Origin: Crocosphaera subtropica ATCC 51142
GTDB lineage: Bacteria; Cyanobacteriota; Cyanobacteriia; Cyanobacteriales; Microcystaceae
Assembly: GCF_000017845.1 (NCBI RefSeq)
Contig: NC_010546.1
Span: 2,430,001-2,462,000, forward strand
Length of the DNA: 32,000 nt
Direction: 5' to 3'
The position numbers and the translations under genes were made by a program. Every line of letters begins with the position of its first letter. Position 1 is the stretch's first letter. This document shows positions 9,431 through 17,978 of this stretch, one piece after another. Under the pieces are notes generated by a model that ran no database searches, was not told where the DNA came from, and was given only the letters and a program-made list of their open reading frames with translations.

Positions 9431-9487
9431 TTTTTACCTATATTATGAATTAGACAACTCCCTAAAGTCACTCGTAATGATGGTGTT

Positions 9488-9512
9488 ATCGGTTCGAGTC
9501 CCATAGGTGGCT
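9488..9512 (+). other. tRNA 3'-half-like fragment (T-arm plus acceptor 3' strand); not an intact tRNA
   Basis: The sequence is ATCGG-TTCGAGT-CCCAT-AGGTGGC-T. It has a canonical GGTTCGAGTCC T-loop, a 5-bp T stem with one C-C mismatch, and a 7-nt acceptor-like strand. No complementary GCCACCT, D-arm or CCA occurs in the 100 nt upstream. Confidence 0.3.
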
Positions 9513-9554
9513 TTTAAAGTTAACGTCAAATCTTAAGTTTAGATTGAGTACCAG

Positions 9555-10031
9555 GTGATTCCTGAAGATAAGAGACACTATACTTATATAGAGCTAACTT
9601 TAGGAGTCACTACCCTGACACTCGTGCGACCTCATAAGCCCATAAAAATCGATTTGAATCAAGAATATCCTTGTCCGTGTCGACGACGGGGACATCTTTT
9701 GCCTATTGTCTTAACGGAAGCCTTTGGCTGCGATCGCTGTCAGCAAATTTTCGTAGTGGAAGAAAATGGTCAAACTATAGAACAATTATCTTCTAGTTAT
9801 CCCTATAAGCGGGTCTGGCGTTGGACTGGCTACCGTTGGCTAATTATCCGACCAGGGTTAAGAGATGGCTATCTACCCATTATGACAGGCATGATGGTAG
9901 TAATATTAATTGGATGGTTTTTGTTGGCATTACAATCATCTTTAGGGCCAAGTATCATCATTGGTATTGCTTTGGCCGGTTTATTAGTGGTTTTGCCAGC
10001 AATTATCTTCTGGTTAGCCTATCGACGTTAA
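9555..10031 (+). CDS. Hypothetical membrane protein with an N-terminal 4-Cys zinc-ribbon-like motif
   Basis: The start is a GTG. The Cys motif is CPC-x14-...-CDRC (YPCPCRRRGH...FGCDRCQQIF). Two C-terminal hydrophobic helices follow. The gene ends 10 nt before the ProA-like gene. Confidence 0.7.
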   Translation: MIPEDKRHYTYIELTLGVTTLTLVRPHKPIKIDLNQEYPCPCRRRGHLLPIVLTEAFGCDRCQQIFVVEENGQTIEQLSSSYPYKRVWRWTGYRWLIIRPGLRDGYLPIMTGMMVVILIGWFLLALQSSLGPSIIIGIALAGLLVVLPAIIFWLAYRR

Positions 10032-10041
10032 GGCAAATTCT

Positions 10042-11310
10042 ATGACCATTAAAAGTTCTCCTAACTTGCTGTTAACATCGGTTCAACGCTCTTATGATGC
10101 TTATCTAGCGTTAGAAACCAGTGATAGTCGGGATCGCTCTTTAGGAATTAAAGCAATGGCTAGAGGACTCAGTCGTTCTTTTGATGCCATTCTTGAAGCG
10201 AATACCCTAGACCTGGAAATGAGTCGAGAAATGGCTATACCGGATTTGCTCATTGAATGGTTAAAATTGACCCCCGAACGTTTGAGTCAAACTGTTGAAA
10301 TTCTTGAATCATTAGCTGAACTCCCCGATCCCATTCAACAGGTGTTTAATGCGCCCTATCGGTTGAATACAGCAGGAACCTATTGCCAACTGATGCCTTT
10401 AGGAGTAGTTGCGTTGGTCTATGAGACGTTCCCTGAGTTGGGAGCGATCGCTGCCGGATTTTGTTTAAAGACTGGCAACAGCTTACTATTACGGGGTTGT
10501 AATTCATCGACCCACTCGAATCAGGTGATTGCAGATATCCTACAAGCTGCCCTAAAAGAAACGGAACTACCCACAGGGTGTTTAGAGGTACTTTCAGGAG
10601 AACAAGGGGCTTCTATTCAAGATTTAGTGACACAGCATCAATATTTAAGTTTGGTACTTCCCTATGGTCGTCCCAGTTTAGTTGAACAAGTGACCCAATG
10701 GGCAACGGCTCCTGTGTTAAAGTCTGCTATGGGTAATTGTTATTTATATTGGTCGCCTACGGTCGATCTCGATATGGTGCGTTGGGTGATTCTCGATAGT
10801 CATGCCAGTGAACCTGATCCCGTGAATGCTATTGAGAAGGTCTTAATTAGTCCGAATCAAAATCCTTCAATTTTAGTAAGATTGTTTAATATTTTACAGG
10901 AAAAAGGATTTGAATTGCGAGGAGATGAGATATTATTAGCAGAATTCAAAGATTATTTAAAGCCTGTTAAAGCGTCGGAATGGAATACCCCCTATTTAGA
11001 TAAGATTATTAGTTTCAAAGTGGTTAATAATTTATCTCAAGGCATTGCTTGGATGAATCAATATAGTAGTGGTCATGCCGATTGTTTAGTCACTGATTCT
11101 TATGCAGAAAGTCGTCAATTTGCCACAGAAATTGACAGTGCCTTAGTCTATATTAATAATTCTCCTCGTTTTGATCGTCATCCCAACCAAGGTGAGTCTT
11201 TATTTTTAGGGGTTTCTAATCAAAAAGGTCATTATCGCGGTTTAATTTCGTTAGAAACCTTTACAACGCTTAAACAAGTAGTTCAAGGAAATAGTAAGCT
11301 TTCTATCTAA
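10042..11310 (+). CDS. Gamma-glutamyl phosphate reductase (ProA)-like aldehyde dehydrogenase-fold protein, apparently lacking the catalytic Cys
   Basis: The ProA-like architecture and landmarks are present: LTPERL, LPDPI, LKTGNSLLLRG, GHADCLVT and the C-terminal TTLKQVV. The catalytic block, expected to resemble ...CNA.ETLLV, reads PVNAIEKVLIS. Other conserved blocks have diverged: RGGKE becomes RGCNSS and NASTRF becomes NNSPRF. Confidence 0.7.
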   Translation: MTIKSSPNLLLTSVQRSYDAYLALETSDSRDRSLGIKAMARGLSRSFDAILEANTLDLEMSREMAIPDLLIEWLKLTPERLSQTVEILESLAELPDPIQQVFNAPYRLNTAGTYCQLMPLGVVALVYETFPELGAIAAGFCLKTGNSLLLRGCNSSTHSNQVIADILQAALKETELPTGCLEVLSGEQGASIQDLVTQHQYLSLVLPYGRPSLVEQVTQWATAPVLKSAMGNCYLYWSPTVDLDMVRWVILDSHASEPDPVNAIEKVLISPNQNPSILVRLFNILQEKGFELRGDEILLAEFKDYLKPVKASEWNTPYLDKIISFKVVNNLSQGIAWMNQYSSGHADCLVTDSYAESRQFATEIDSALVYINNSPRFDRHPNQGESLFLGVSNQKGHYRGLISLETFTTLKQVVQGNSKLSI

Positions 11311-11469
11311 GTTGATAGTGTTAATAATTCACCTAATAATTTCTGAGATTGTGTTCAAAGAAGATAATAATCATTAATCACTCACAGGGTTGAAAAACGT
11401 GTGAGAACTTTCATATAATGGAGCAATTATTAAAGTTTATTAAATAACCATAACTATTATAATTAATAT

Positions 11470-12735
11470 ATGTTAGGAATTTCTTTATATAGCTCATTAT
11501 TGGCTAGTATCCATAATTTTACAACCACTAGCCCATCATTTTATCTAAATCATAAGAATTTTCCCAAAATATTAGCTAAAAAAGATAACCAGGACAAAAA
11601 TCTTCAGTTAACTCAAAGTTTAGAAGCAATTGAAGCAATGGAAAACTCAGAACTTAAGGTGATGCTTTTAAACGATGTCGCTTTGTCTTATGCAAAAATA
11701 AATAAGATTGATCAAGGGATGGCTATTTTAGCTCAGTCATTATCAATTGCTCAGAATTTGGAAGATATCGTCTCTCAAATCACAACTTTAGGAAAGATTG
11801 CGATTAACTATCATAAAATAGGGAAAACCCAACCAGGACTTAAAATTTTAAATGAAACCATTGAGAAAATTGATACGATTGAAGATCGAGCCCTGCAAGG
11901 TCAATTATTATTAAATATAGCGTTTAAATACGCAGAAATTGGCAGAGAAAAAAAATCCCAAACCCTTTTTGCTCAAAGTCAAACCTTAATCAAAGAAGCA
12001 TCCCAACCGTTACCAGCCTATCCATTTCTAGCAACCGGAACGAATCTTAAACTAGGATTAACAGGCAATGTTCAATCATTTAGAGATACGACTGCTGCTG
12101 TGGGAATTAATGTTAACTTGTACAAACAATGGACAAGAGAAGATATTGCGGTCGATGGAAGTTTATTCCTTAACTTTGATAGTAGTCGATCGGTTAATAA
12201 TTATCGTCCCAATAGTTTGATTTTCTCAACTTATCGTCGTCATTTTGATGATCAATGGAGTTTTTTCACCAATGTTTTTAATAGTACCAATCAAGATTTA
12301 TTTGCCAGTAAAAATGATGATGAGGATTTGACAATTATTAGTAATTTATTGATAGGTGCAGGACTCAATTTATGGCGAGGCAAGTCTCCCCGTGAATTTT
12401 TAGATTTTCAAGTGGGAATTGGACCACGTTACCAATATGATTTTATTGATTTTGAAGAACGACGGAATGAAATTGAGCCAACACTAGGAATTCTTTTACT
12501 GGGTAGAAATTTCTCCGTTGGAACAACTAAATTAACTCAAACGTTTGCTATTATTCCAGCATTAGACGATTTAAACAACTATACAATTACTTCTGATACT
12601 AATCTGTCTATTCCTATCGGTGATCAATGGTTTCTCAGTAATCGTGTCTTTATGCGTTATCGAAATGAGGTCATCTATGAAAACAATCCTCAATTAGAAT
12701 TTTTGTTTACCACAGGAGTAGACTATGCTTTTTGA
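11470..12735 (+). CDS. Hypothetical protein: TPR-like N-terminal half plus a putative outer-membrane beta-barrel C-terminal half (DUF481-like)
   Basis: The N-terminal half has a repeated helical A/L/Y pattern (VALSYAKINK, IAINYHKIGK, IAFKYAEIGR). The C-terminal half has alternating-hydrophobic strands and ends ...FTTGVDYAF, a terminal aromatic typical of OMPs. The N-terminal signal peptide is not convincing. Confidence 0.6.
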   Translation: MLGISLYSSLLASIHNFTTTSPSFYLNHKNFPKILAKKDNQDKNLQLTQSLEAIEAMENSELKVMLLNDVALSYAKINKIDQGMAILAQSLSIAQNLEDIVSQITTLGKIAINYHKIGKTQPGLKILNETIEKIDTIEDRALQGQLLLNIAFKYAEIGREKKSQTLFAQSQTLIKEASQPLPAYPFLATGTNLKLGLTGNVQSFRDTTAAVGINVNLYKQWTREDIAVDGSLFLNFDSSRSVNNYRPNSLIFSTYRRHFDDQWSFFTNVFNSTNQDLFASKNDDEDLTIISNLLIGAGLNLWRGKSPREFLDFQVGIGPRYQYDFIDFEERRNEIEPTLGILLLGRNFSVGTTKLTQTFAIIPALDDLNNYTITSDTNLSIPIGDQWFLSNRVFMRYRNEVIYENNPQLEFLFTTGVDYAF

Positions 12736-12789
12736 AATTACAAATATTATAAATTGTTTTAAACTATTCAGTTATTTATCTTAAAAATT

Positions 12790-14865
12790 ATGTTCAAAAA
12801 AAAATTAAAATTTATTATTATTCTTTGTTTTAGTTTTCTCTTAACTCTTACCTTTATGAAACCCAGTTTGGGACAAATTTCTCTATTTTCTCCATCCACT
12901 AACCCCCAAGGAACACAAACAGCACCGTGGGATCTCAATAAGGCTTATACTTGTGGAAGATTTTGGTGTAGTGATGTTTATATTTATGACGATTCAAAAC
13001 AGGTAAGAAAAACGTTATTAATACCAGAATTAACCTTAGCTGCCTTACAAAGGATTGATCAAAATAATCTTGAAACTATTCAAGCATTAGAACAACGAGC
13101 GAAATTAGTTCAACAAAGCTTTGATAAAATAGTCAATCGGATTATTAGTAGTCAAAAAAAATCTGCTGCTACTAACATCGATGATATTGGATTTTGGATA
13201 CCTACTTCCGTCAAAGCATTATGGGGTTCAGGGGAAGCAAAACCCCCTCATCCTTGGCTTCCTAAAATCGAAATTGGGATTAAAAATCAACAAACCGTTA
13301 TTTATGCTCCTGATCAATTTGAATTGGGTACTTCTTCTTTATTAATTGTAACTGTTACTGAAAACGATGCGATCGCCAATAACGTAACCGTCGAAGAATT
13401 AGCTTCAATATGGCAAGAAAATATTATTATATCTTTTAATAATGCACTTTGGGGACATGAATTTGATCAAAAGTATTTTGCTGGAAGATGGATTATTTCT
13501 GGAATCCCTATTATTATAGCACTCCTATTAATATGGATAGTGGAATTCCTACGAACTTTTTTAAGAAAACGTAGCAATAATCTACAGCAAAAACTGAATC
13601 GATTAACTGAAACCATAGCAAGAAATGGCAAAGCTATAGAATATCATAAGACTTATTCTGACGAATATAACAATAATTCAGAAACAATTGAACAGGAAAC
13701 ATCTAGAGACAATCAATCCAAGAATCAATCTATAAAGAATATATTTACTTTTCAGTTTTTAGTAACAATAATTTTAAAGCTAATTAAAAAAATAACGAAA
13801 AAAAATAAGTGGCTATCTTCTAAGTTATCCCGTTCTAAACAAAAACTTTTTTTACAACGACAAAATTGGCTTAAACAAAGACGAAATTTTTACCAACTAT
13901 TGCTTAGACTTTCTTTAATTCTAGATGTATTTATTTTAGGTTGTTGTTTAATTGTCATTTCTTTAGTGTTTCGAGACATTCGTTTTTTATCCGTCTATAT
14001 TCTCAAACGAACAATACTTTTAATTATCGTTTGGGTAGGATTAACAATTTTAGATAAAATTGGTGATTTTCTCATCGATTATTATCTTAATCGTTGGGCG
14101 ACTGAAGCCCATGAAACTAATCCTGAATCCAATCGTTATACCTTGAGAATCAATACCTATTCTTCTACCCTCAAACAAGCAACCACTTTTATAACCCTTG
14201 TGTTAGGTATTTATTTAACCATTTGGTTAGTAGGAATTGATACGACGGTATTAGCTGGAGCGGGAATTGTAGCAGTTGCTGTTGCTTTTTTGTCTCGAAA
14301 TTTACTAGAAGATATGCTCAATGGTGTCTTGATTTTATGGAGCGATCGCTATGCCATTGGGGATGTGATTGATGTTAATGGTATGGGGGGATTTGTTGAA
14401 AATATTAATTTATTTGTGACTTATTTACGAAATTTAGATGGACAACTTATTGCCATTCCCAATAGTCAAATTTCCACAGTTATTAATCATACAAAAGATT
14501 GGTCAAGGGTTAATTTTACTATCAAAATTGCTTGGTATGAAGATATAAACAAAGCAATCAATATTATGATTAATGTCGCTAAACAAATGCAAAAGGAACC
14601 CGAATGGAGCGATAAGTTTCTTGAACCGTTAGAAGTTTTAGGAGTAGATGAAGTCTCCTACGAAGGGATCTTAATTCGTGTTTTAATTAGAACAAAACCC
14701 CTTGAACATTGGCCCCTTGGTCGAGAATTTCGCTTACGGGTCAAACAAGAATTTGATGAGGCGAATATTTCTTTAGGCATTCCTCATCATACTATTTCTG
14801 TTGTCGATGATACTCATAACGATGATCAATTATTATCTTATATTGTCCCTCAAAAAGACAGTTAA
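12790..14865 (+). CDS. Mechanosensitive ion channel family protein (MscS-like, large multi-TM form)
   Basis: There is a signal-like N-terminus and several TM helices. The MscS core motif is NGVLILWSDRYAIGDVIDVNGMGGFVENINLFVTYLRNLDGQLIAIPNSQI. Confidence 0.85.
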   Translation: MFKKKLKFIIILCFSFLLTLTFMKPSLGQISLFSPSTNPQGTQTAPWDLNKAYTCGRFWCSDVYIYDDSKQVRKTLLIPELTLAALQRIDQNNLETIQALEQRAKLVQQSFDKIVNRIISSQKKSAATNIDDIGFWIPTSVKALWGSGEAKPPHPWLPKIEIGIKNQQTVIYAPDQFELGTSSLLIVTVTENDAIANNVTVEELASIWQENIIISFNNALWGHEFDQKYFAGRWIISGIPIIIALLLIWIVEFLRTFLRKRSNNLQQKLNRLTETIARNGKAIEYHKTYSDEYNNNSETIEQETSRDNQSKNQSIKNIFTFQFLVTIILKLIKKITKKNKWLSSKLSRSKQKLFLQRQNWLKQRRNFYQLLLRLSLILDVFILGCCLIVISLVFRDIRFLSVYILKRTILLIIVWVGLTILDKIGDFLIDYYLNRWATEAHETNPESNRYTLRINTYSSTLKQATTFITLVLGIYLTIWLVGIDTTVLAGAGIVAVAVAFLSRNLLEDMLNGVLILWSDRYAIGDVIDVNGMGGFVENINLFVTYLRNLDGQLIAIPNSQISTVINHTKDWSRVNFTIKIAWYEDINKAINIMINVAKQMQKEPEWSDKFLEPLEVLGVDEVSYEGILIRVLIRTKPLEHWPLGREFRLRVKQEFDEANISLGIPHHTISVVDDTHNDDQLLSYIVPQKDS

Positions 14866-16508
14866 ATGGCTAATAAAGGCGCAGCATTGAGTAACTTTTG
14901 AGTATAAGGATGTTTGGGTTCTCTAAAAATGCGTTCAGTGTCCCCAATTTCTACAATTTTACCTTGATTCATCACTGCAATACGATGACAGAAAAAACGA
15001 GCCACCCAAAGATCATGGGTAATAAATAAATAGGTTAAATCAAAGTCATCTTTCAACTCAGACATCAACTCTAATACGCTTGCTTGAACACTGGCATCTA
15101 ACATACTAACCGGTTCATCACAAATGATTAATTTAGGTTTAGTAATTAATGCCCTAGCAATGGCTACTCGTTGTTGTTGTCCCCCTGATAATTCTCTAGG
15201 ATAACGATGATAATAGTCTTCAACCGGGGTTAATTTAACCCGTTCTAACATCTCATAAACTTGTTTTTTAGCTTCATTTATTGTGGCTAATTGATGAATA
15301 AATAAAGGATCAGCAATACTTTGCCCTACAGTCATTAAAGGATTTAAACAAGCATGAGGATCTTGAAAAATCATCTGCAGTTGACGGCGTTTGAGACGCA
15401 TTTCATGTTCAGACAGTTGGGTTAACTCTTCCCCTAAAAAGTGTATGCTTCCTGATGTCGCTTTTAATAACTGTAAAAGAGTACGAGATAGGGTACTTTT
15501 TCCACAACCCGACTCACCCACTAATCCTAAAATTTCCCCCGAATATAACTCAAAACTAACATCATCTACTGCTTTAATGACTTCTGCTTCTTTAGAGAAA
15601 AATTGCTGAATGAAATTTCCTTCTAAGGTGAAATATTGTTTTAAATGATTGACGGTTAATAAGGGTTTATTGACTAATTGATTCTCTTCCCCAGAGTTTA
15701 TGGTAAGGGGTTGGTTGTCGTTTTCTACTTGAACGTGTAACGCTGCTTGTAATAGGGATTTCGTATACTCATGGTTCGGATGGTGTAAGATGTCTTTCAT
15801 TGCACCCATCTCGACGATTTGGCCTTCGTTCATCACTGCTAGGCGATCGCAATATTCCCCCACCATTGCTAAATCATGGGAAATCAACAATAAGCCCATT
15901 TCGTCTTCTTCGCACAAACGGGTCAATTCTTGTAAAATTTCTGCTGCTACGGTCACATCTAAAGCGGTAGTCGGTTCATCCGCAATAATCATTTTAGGGT
16001 TTAATAACAAGGCCAAGGCCATAGCTACCCGTTGTCGCATTCCACCACTAAACTCATGGGGATATTGTCCCCAACGGTTAGGAGGAATTTTAACTTTCTC
16101 CAAGGTTTTGATAGCGATATGTTTGGCTTCTTTGCGAGATAATTGAGGGCGATGGGCTTGTAACGTTTCTAAACAATGTTCACCAATAGTCATCAAAGGG
16201 TTCAGACGAGTCATCGGATCTTGAAACACTAACCCCACTACCTCACCCCGAAAGCGTCTTAAAGCGTCGGTGTCTAACTCAACAATAGATTGACCCTGAA
16301 ACTCGATTTTTCCTTCCATTTGTGTTAGTTTAGGTAGCAAACCCATGGCCGCCTTGCCCATAGTGGATTTACCACAACCAGACTCCCCGACTAAGCCGAG
16401 TTTTTCTCCTTTTTCTAGGGTGAATGACACCCTATCTACAGCCCAAGTCTGACTTGATGGGTATTGAATACGCAACTCATCAACACAAAATAAAGGTTTG
16501 TCGTTCAT
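14862..16508 (-). CDS. ABC transporter ATP-binding protein with duplicated NBDs (fused DppD/DppF-like, peptide/nickel type)
   Basis: It has two Walker A motifs (GESGCGKST, twice). The signature motifs are FSGGMRQR and LSGGQQQR. The Walker B motifs are IIADEPT and IICDEPV. No permease or binding-protein gene is adjacent. Confidence 0.9.
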   Translation of the reverse strand: MNDKPLFCVDELRIQYPSSQTWAVDRVSFTLEKGEKLGLVGESGCGKSTMGKAAMGLLPKLTQMEGKIEFQGQSIVELDTDALRRFRGEVVGLVFQDPMTRLNPLMTIGEHCLETLQAHRPQLSRKEAKHIAIKTLEKVKIPPNRWGQYPHEFSGGMRQRVAMALALLLNPKMIIADEPTTALDVTVAAEILQELTRLCEEDEMGLLLISHDLAMVGEYCDRLAVMNEGQIVEMGAMKDILHHPNHEYTKSLLQAALHVQVENDNQPLTINSGEENQLVNKPLLTVNHLKQYFTLEGNFIQQFFSKEAEVIKAVDDVSFELYSGEILGLVGESGCGKSTLSRTLLQLLKATSGSIHFLGEELTQLSEHEMRLKRRQLQMIFQDPHACLNPLMTVGQSIADPLFIHQLATINEAKKQVYEMLERVKLTPVEDYYHRYPRELSGGQQQRVAIARALITKPKLIICDEPVSMLDASVQASVLELMSELKDDFDLTYLFITHDLWVARFFCHRIAVMNQGKIVEIGDTERIFREPKHPYTQKLLNAAPLLAI

Positions 16509-16558
16509 TACTTGAGTTTTTGTTCTGAGTGATTATATTAATAGTTGATACTATAACA

Positions 16559-16626
16559 ATTAATGGCCGATCCGTTGGAACAACTGTTACAAGTTAATTC
16601 TATCTATTAATGACCGATTCGTTGGA
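16559..16626 (+). promoter_or_regulatory. Two 21-bp direct repeats in the divergent promoter region between the ABC ATPase and SRPBCC-like genes
   Basis: The repeats are ATTAATGGCCGATCCGTTGGA (16559..16579) and ATTAATGACCGATTCGTTGGA (16606..16626). They share 19 of 21 positions and their starts are 47 bp apart. Confidence 0.4.
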
Positions 16627-16647
16627 GACTAAAAATTTTATTGAGCC

Positions 16648-17175
16648 ATGCTAATTCATGCTGATGTTTCCATTCCTTTTCCTCGTCCATTAGTTTATTT
16701 TACTTACCGAGATCAGCTAATGGATCTACTTCCTTATATTCCTAATATTCGTTCGGTTGAAGTGAAATCTCGTTACGAAGAAAATCAACACGTTTATAGT
16801 GTTAACTTATGGCATGGTGGGGGCAATATGCCCTTAACGCTTAAGGCTGTAATTGGAGATGCTTTGGTTTCGTGGATTGAATATAACACTTGGAATGAGT
16901 CTGATTTTACTCTGGAATGGCGAATCGAGACTAAAGCTTTTACTGAAGCCATCTTTTGTGCGGGTAAAAATCACTTTCTAGAAGAAAATGGCAAGACCAT
17001 TATCCAAACTCGTGGTGAATTGAAAATTGATCCCAAAAAAATTAACGGACTGTCTGCCCCGTTGAAGGGTAAAGTTGCTCATCTGGTGGAGAATTTTTTA
17101 GGAAAAAAAATCGTACCTAACCTCATTCAAATGGGCAAAGGTGTGCATGATTATCTCGAAAAAAAAGTTAACTAG
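16648..17175 (+). CDS. Hypothetical protein, SRPBCC/START-like fold suspected
   Basis: This 175-aa ORF has a beta-rich pattern followed by a C-terminal helix. The family assignment is from general resemblance only. Confidence 0.55.
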   Translation: MLIHADVSIPFPRPLVYFTYRDQLMDLLPYIPNIRSVEVKSRYEENQHVYSVNLWHGGGNMPLTLKAVIGDALVSWIEYNTWNESDFTLEWRIETKAFTEAIFCAGKNHFLEENGKTIIQTRGELKIDPKKINGLSAPLKGKVAHLVENFLGKKIVPNLIQMGKGVHDYLEKKVN

Positions 17176-17236
17176 CTATTAGCTATCAGCCTAAAAATTC
17201 GGGTCTAAATCCCCGACTTCTATACGCCATTCGATT

Positions 17237-17263
17237 TCAGGAGGGGTTTAAACCCCCTTCTGA
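17237..17263. terminator. Imperfect hairpin between convergent genes, centred on the 14-nt palindrome GGGGTTTAAACCCC
   Basis: Read directly: tcaggaGGGGTTTAAACCCCcttctga, followed by A-rich and T-rich tracts. It lies between 16648..17175 (+) and 17293..17583 (-). Confidence 0.5.
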
Positions 17264-17292
17264 AAAGCTGACTGCTTTTTTAAGTATGTTTA

Positions 17293-17583
17293 TTAGTTGT
17301 TACCTTCAGCGATCGCTGTCGTTTGATTTTTTTCTTCTGCTAATTCAGCTAAAGATTCAGCGACGATATCTTCAAAGGTTTCACCCACATTAGCAATCAC
17401 TCCCTTGCCTTTTTCATAGAGAACAACCCCTCCTTTTATGGTTGCCTTGGCAATGGGTTTAGCTGCTTTCCCCGCCACAGGAATTAAGACGGGAAGGAGA
17501 ACAATGGCGGTAATCCCAGGAATACCGAGGTCTTCGGCAATATCTTTAATATTGATGTGAGGAACAAAATCTTTAAGTGCCAT
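17293..17583 (-). CDS. Small membrane-associated protein, DUF5132-like
   Basis: This 96-aa product has one hydrophobic segment (GITAIVLLPVLIPVAG). That is followed by KPIAKATIKGGVVLYEKGKGVIANVGETFEDIVAE and an acidic tail. The pattern matches my recollection of DUF5132 proteins; this is unverified. Confidence 0.6.
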   Translation of the reverse strand: MALKDFVPHINIKDIAEDLGIPGITAIVLLPVLIPVAGKAAKPIAKATIKGGVVLYEKGKGVIANVGETFEDIVAESLAELAEEKNQTTAIAEGNN

Positions 17584-17978
17584 AAATTTAACCTCTTTAA
17601 CCTTTTTATAAACTTTTCTTTACCTCTTGTTTCTAGTTTAACTCTATTTTGCTTAAGGGTTGGAATTTGGTGCTAAATGTCAGCTAAATCGTTAGTTTTT
17701 TTAATAAATGTTAATATTTTAATTAATAAATTCTCTCAAAAGTTAGGAAAAATGACATGAGTTATTGCAGTTAAGCTTTACCTTTTTAAAATTGATTCCT
17801 TTAACTGATAAGTGATCCCTGATTTATCCATAAACAATTGAGGACTGTTTTGAAAATTTTTATCATTATTTCATTTTTTTCAATTATGTGTGTCTACTGA
17901 CATCTTGCACCAGAAGAAATCATGATTAAGTTTGATGAATTTCTCATGACCAGTCTACTAAAACCGTTAATCTAATCT

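Noticed and set aside
9821-10045. Plus-strand ORF 9821..10045
   Set aside because: It is an alternative frame that overlaps the TM region of the zinc-ribbon membrane protein, and it has no independent support.
14862-14865. Convergent genes sharing a TTAA stop overlap (MscS-like gene and ABC ATPase)
   Set aside because: The overlap is real in the sequence: TAA on the plus strand at 14863..14865 and TAA on the minus strand at 14862..14864. Such 4-nt convergent overlaps are common, and I have no evidence that it has regulatory meaning.
15391-16146. Plus-strand ORFs 15391..15609 and 15790..16146
   Set aside because: They lie antisense to the double-NBD ABC ATPase, whose Walker and signature motifs are unambiguous.
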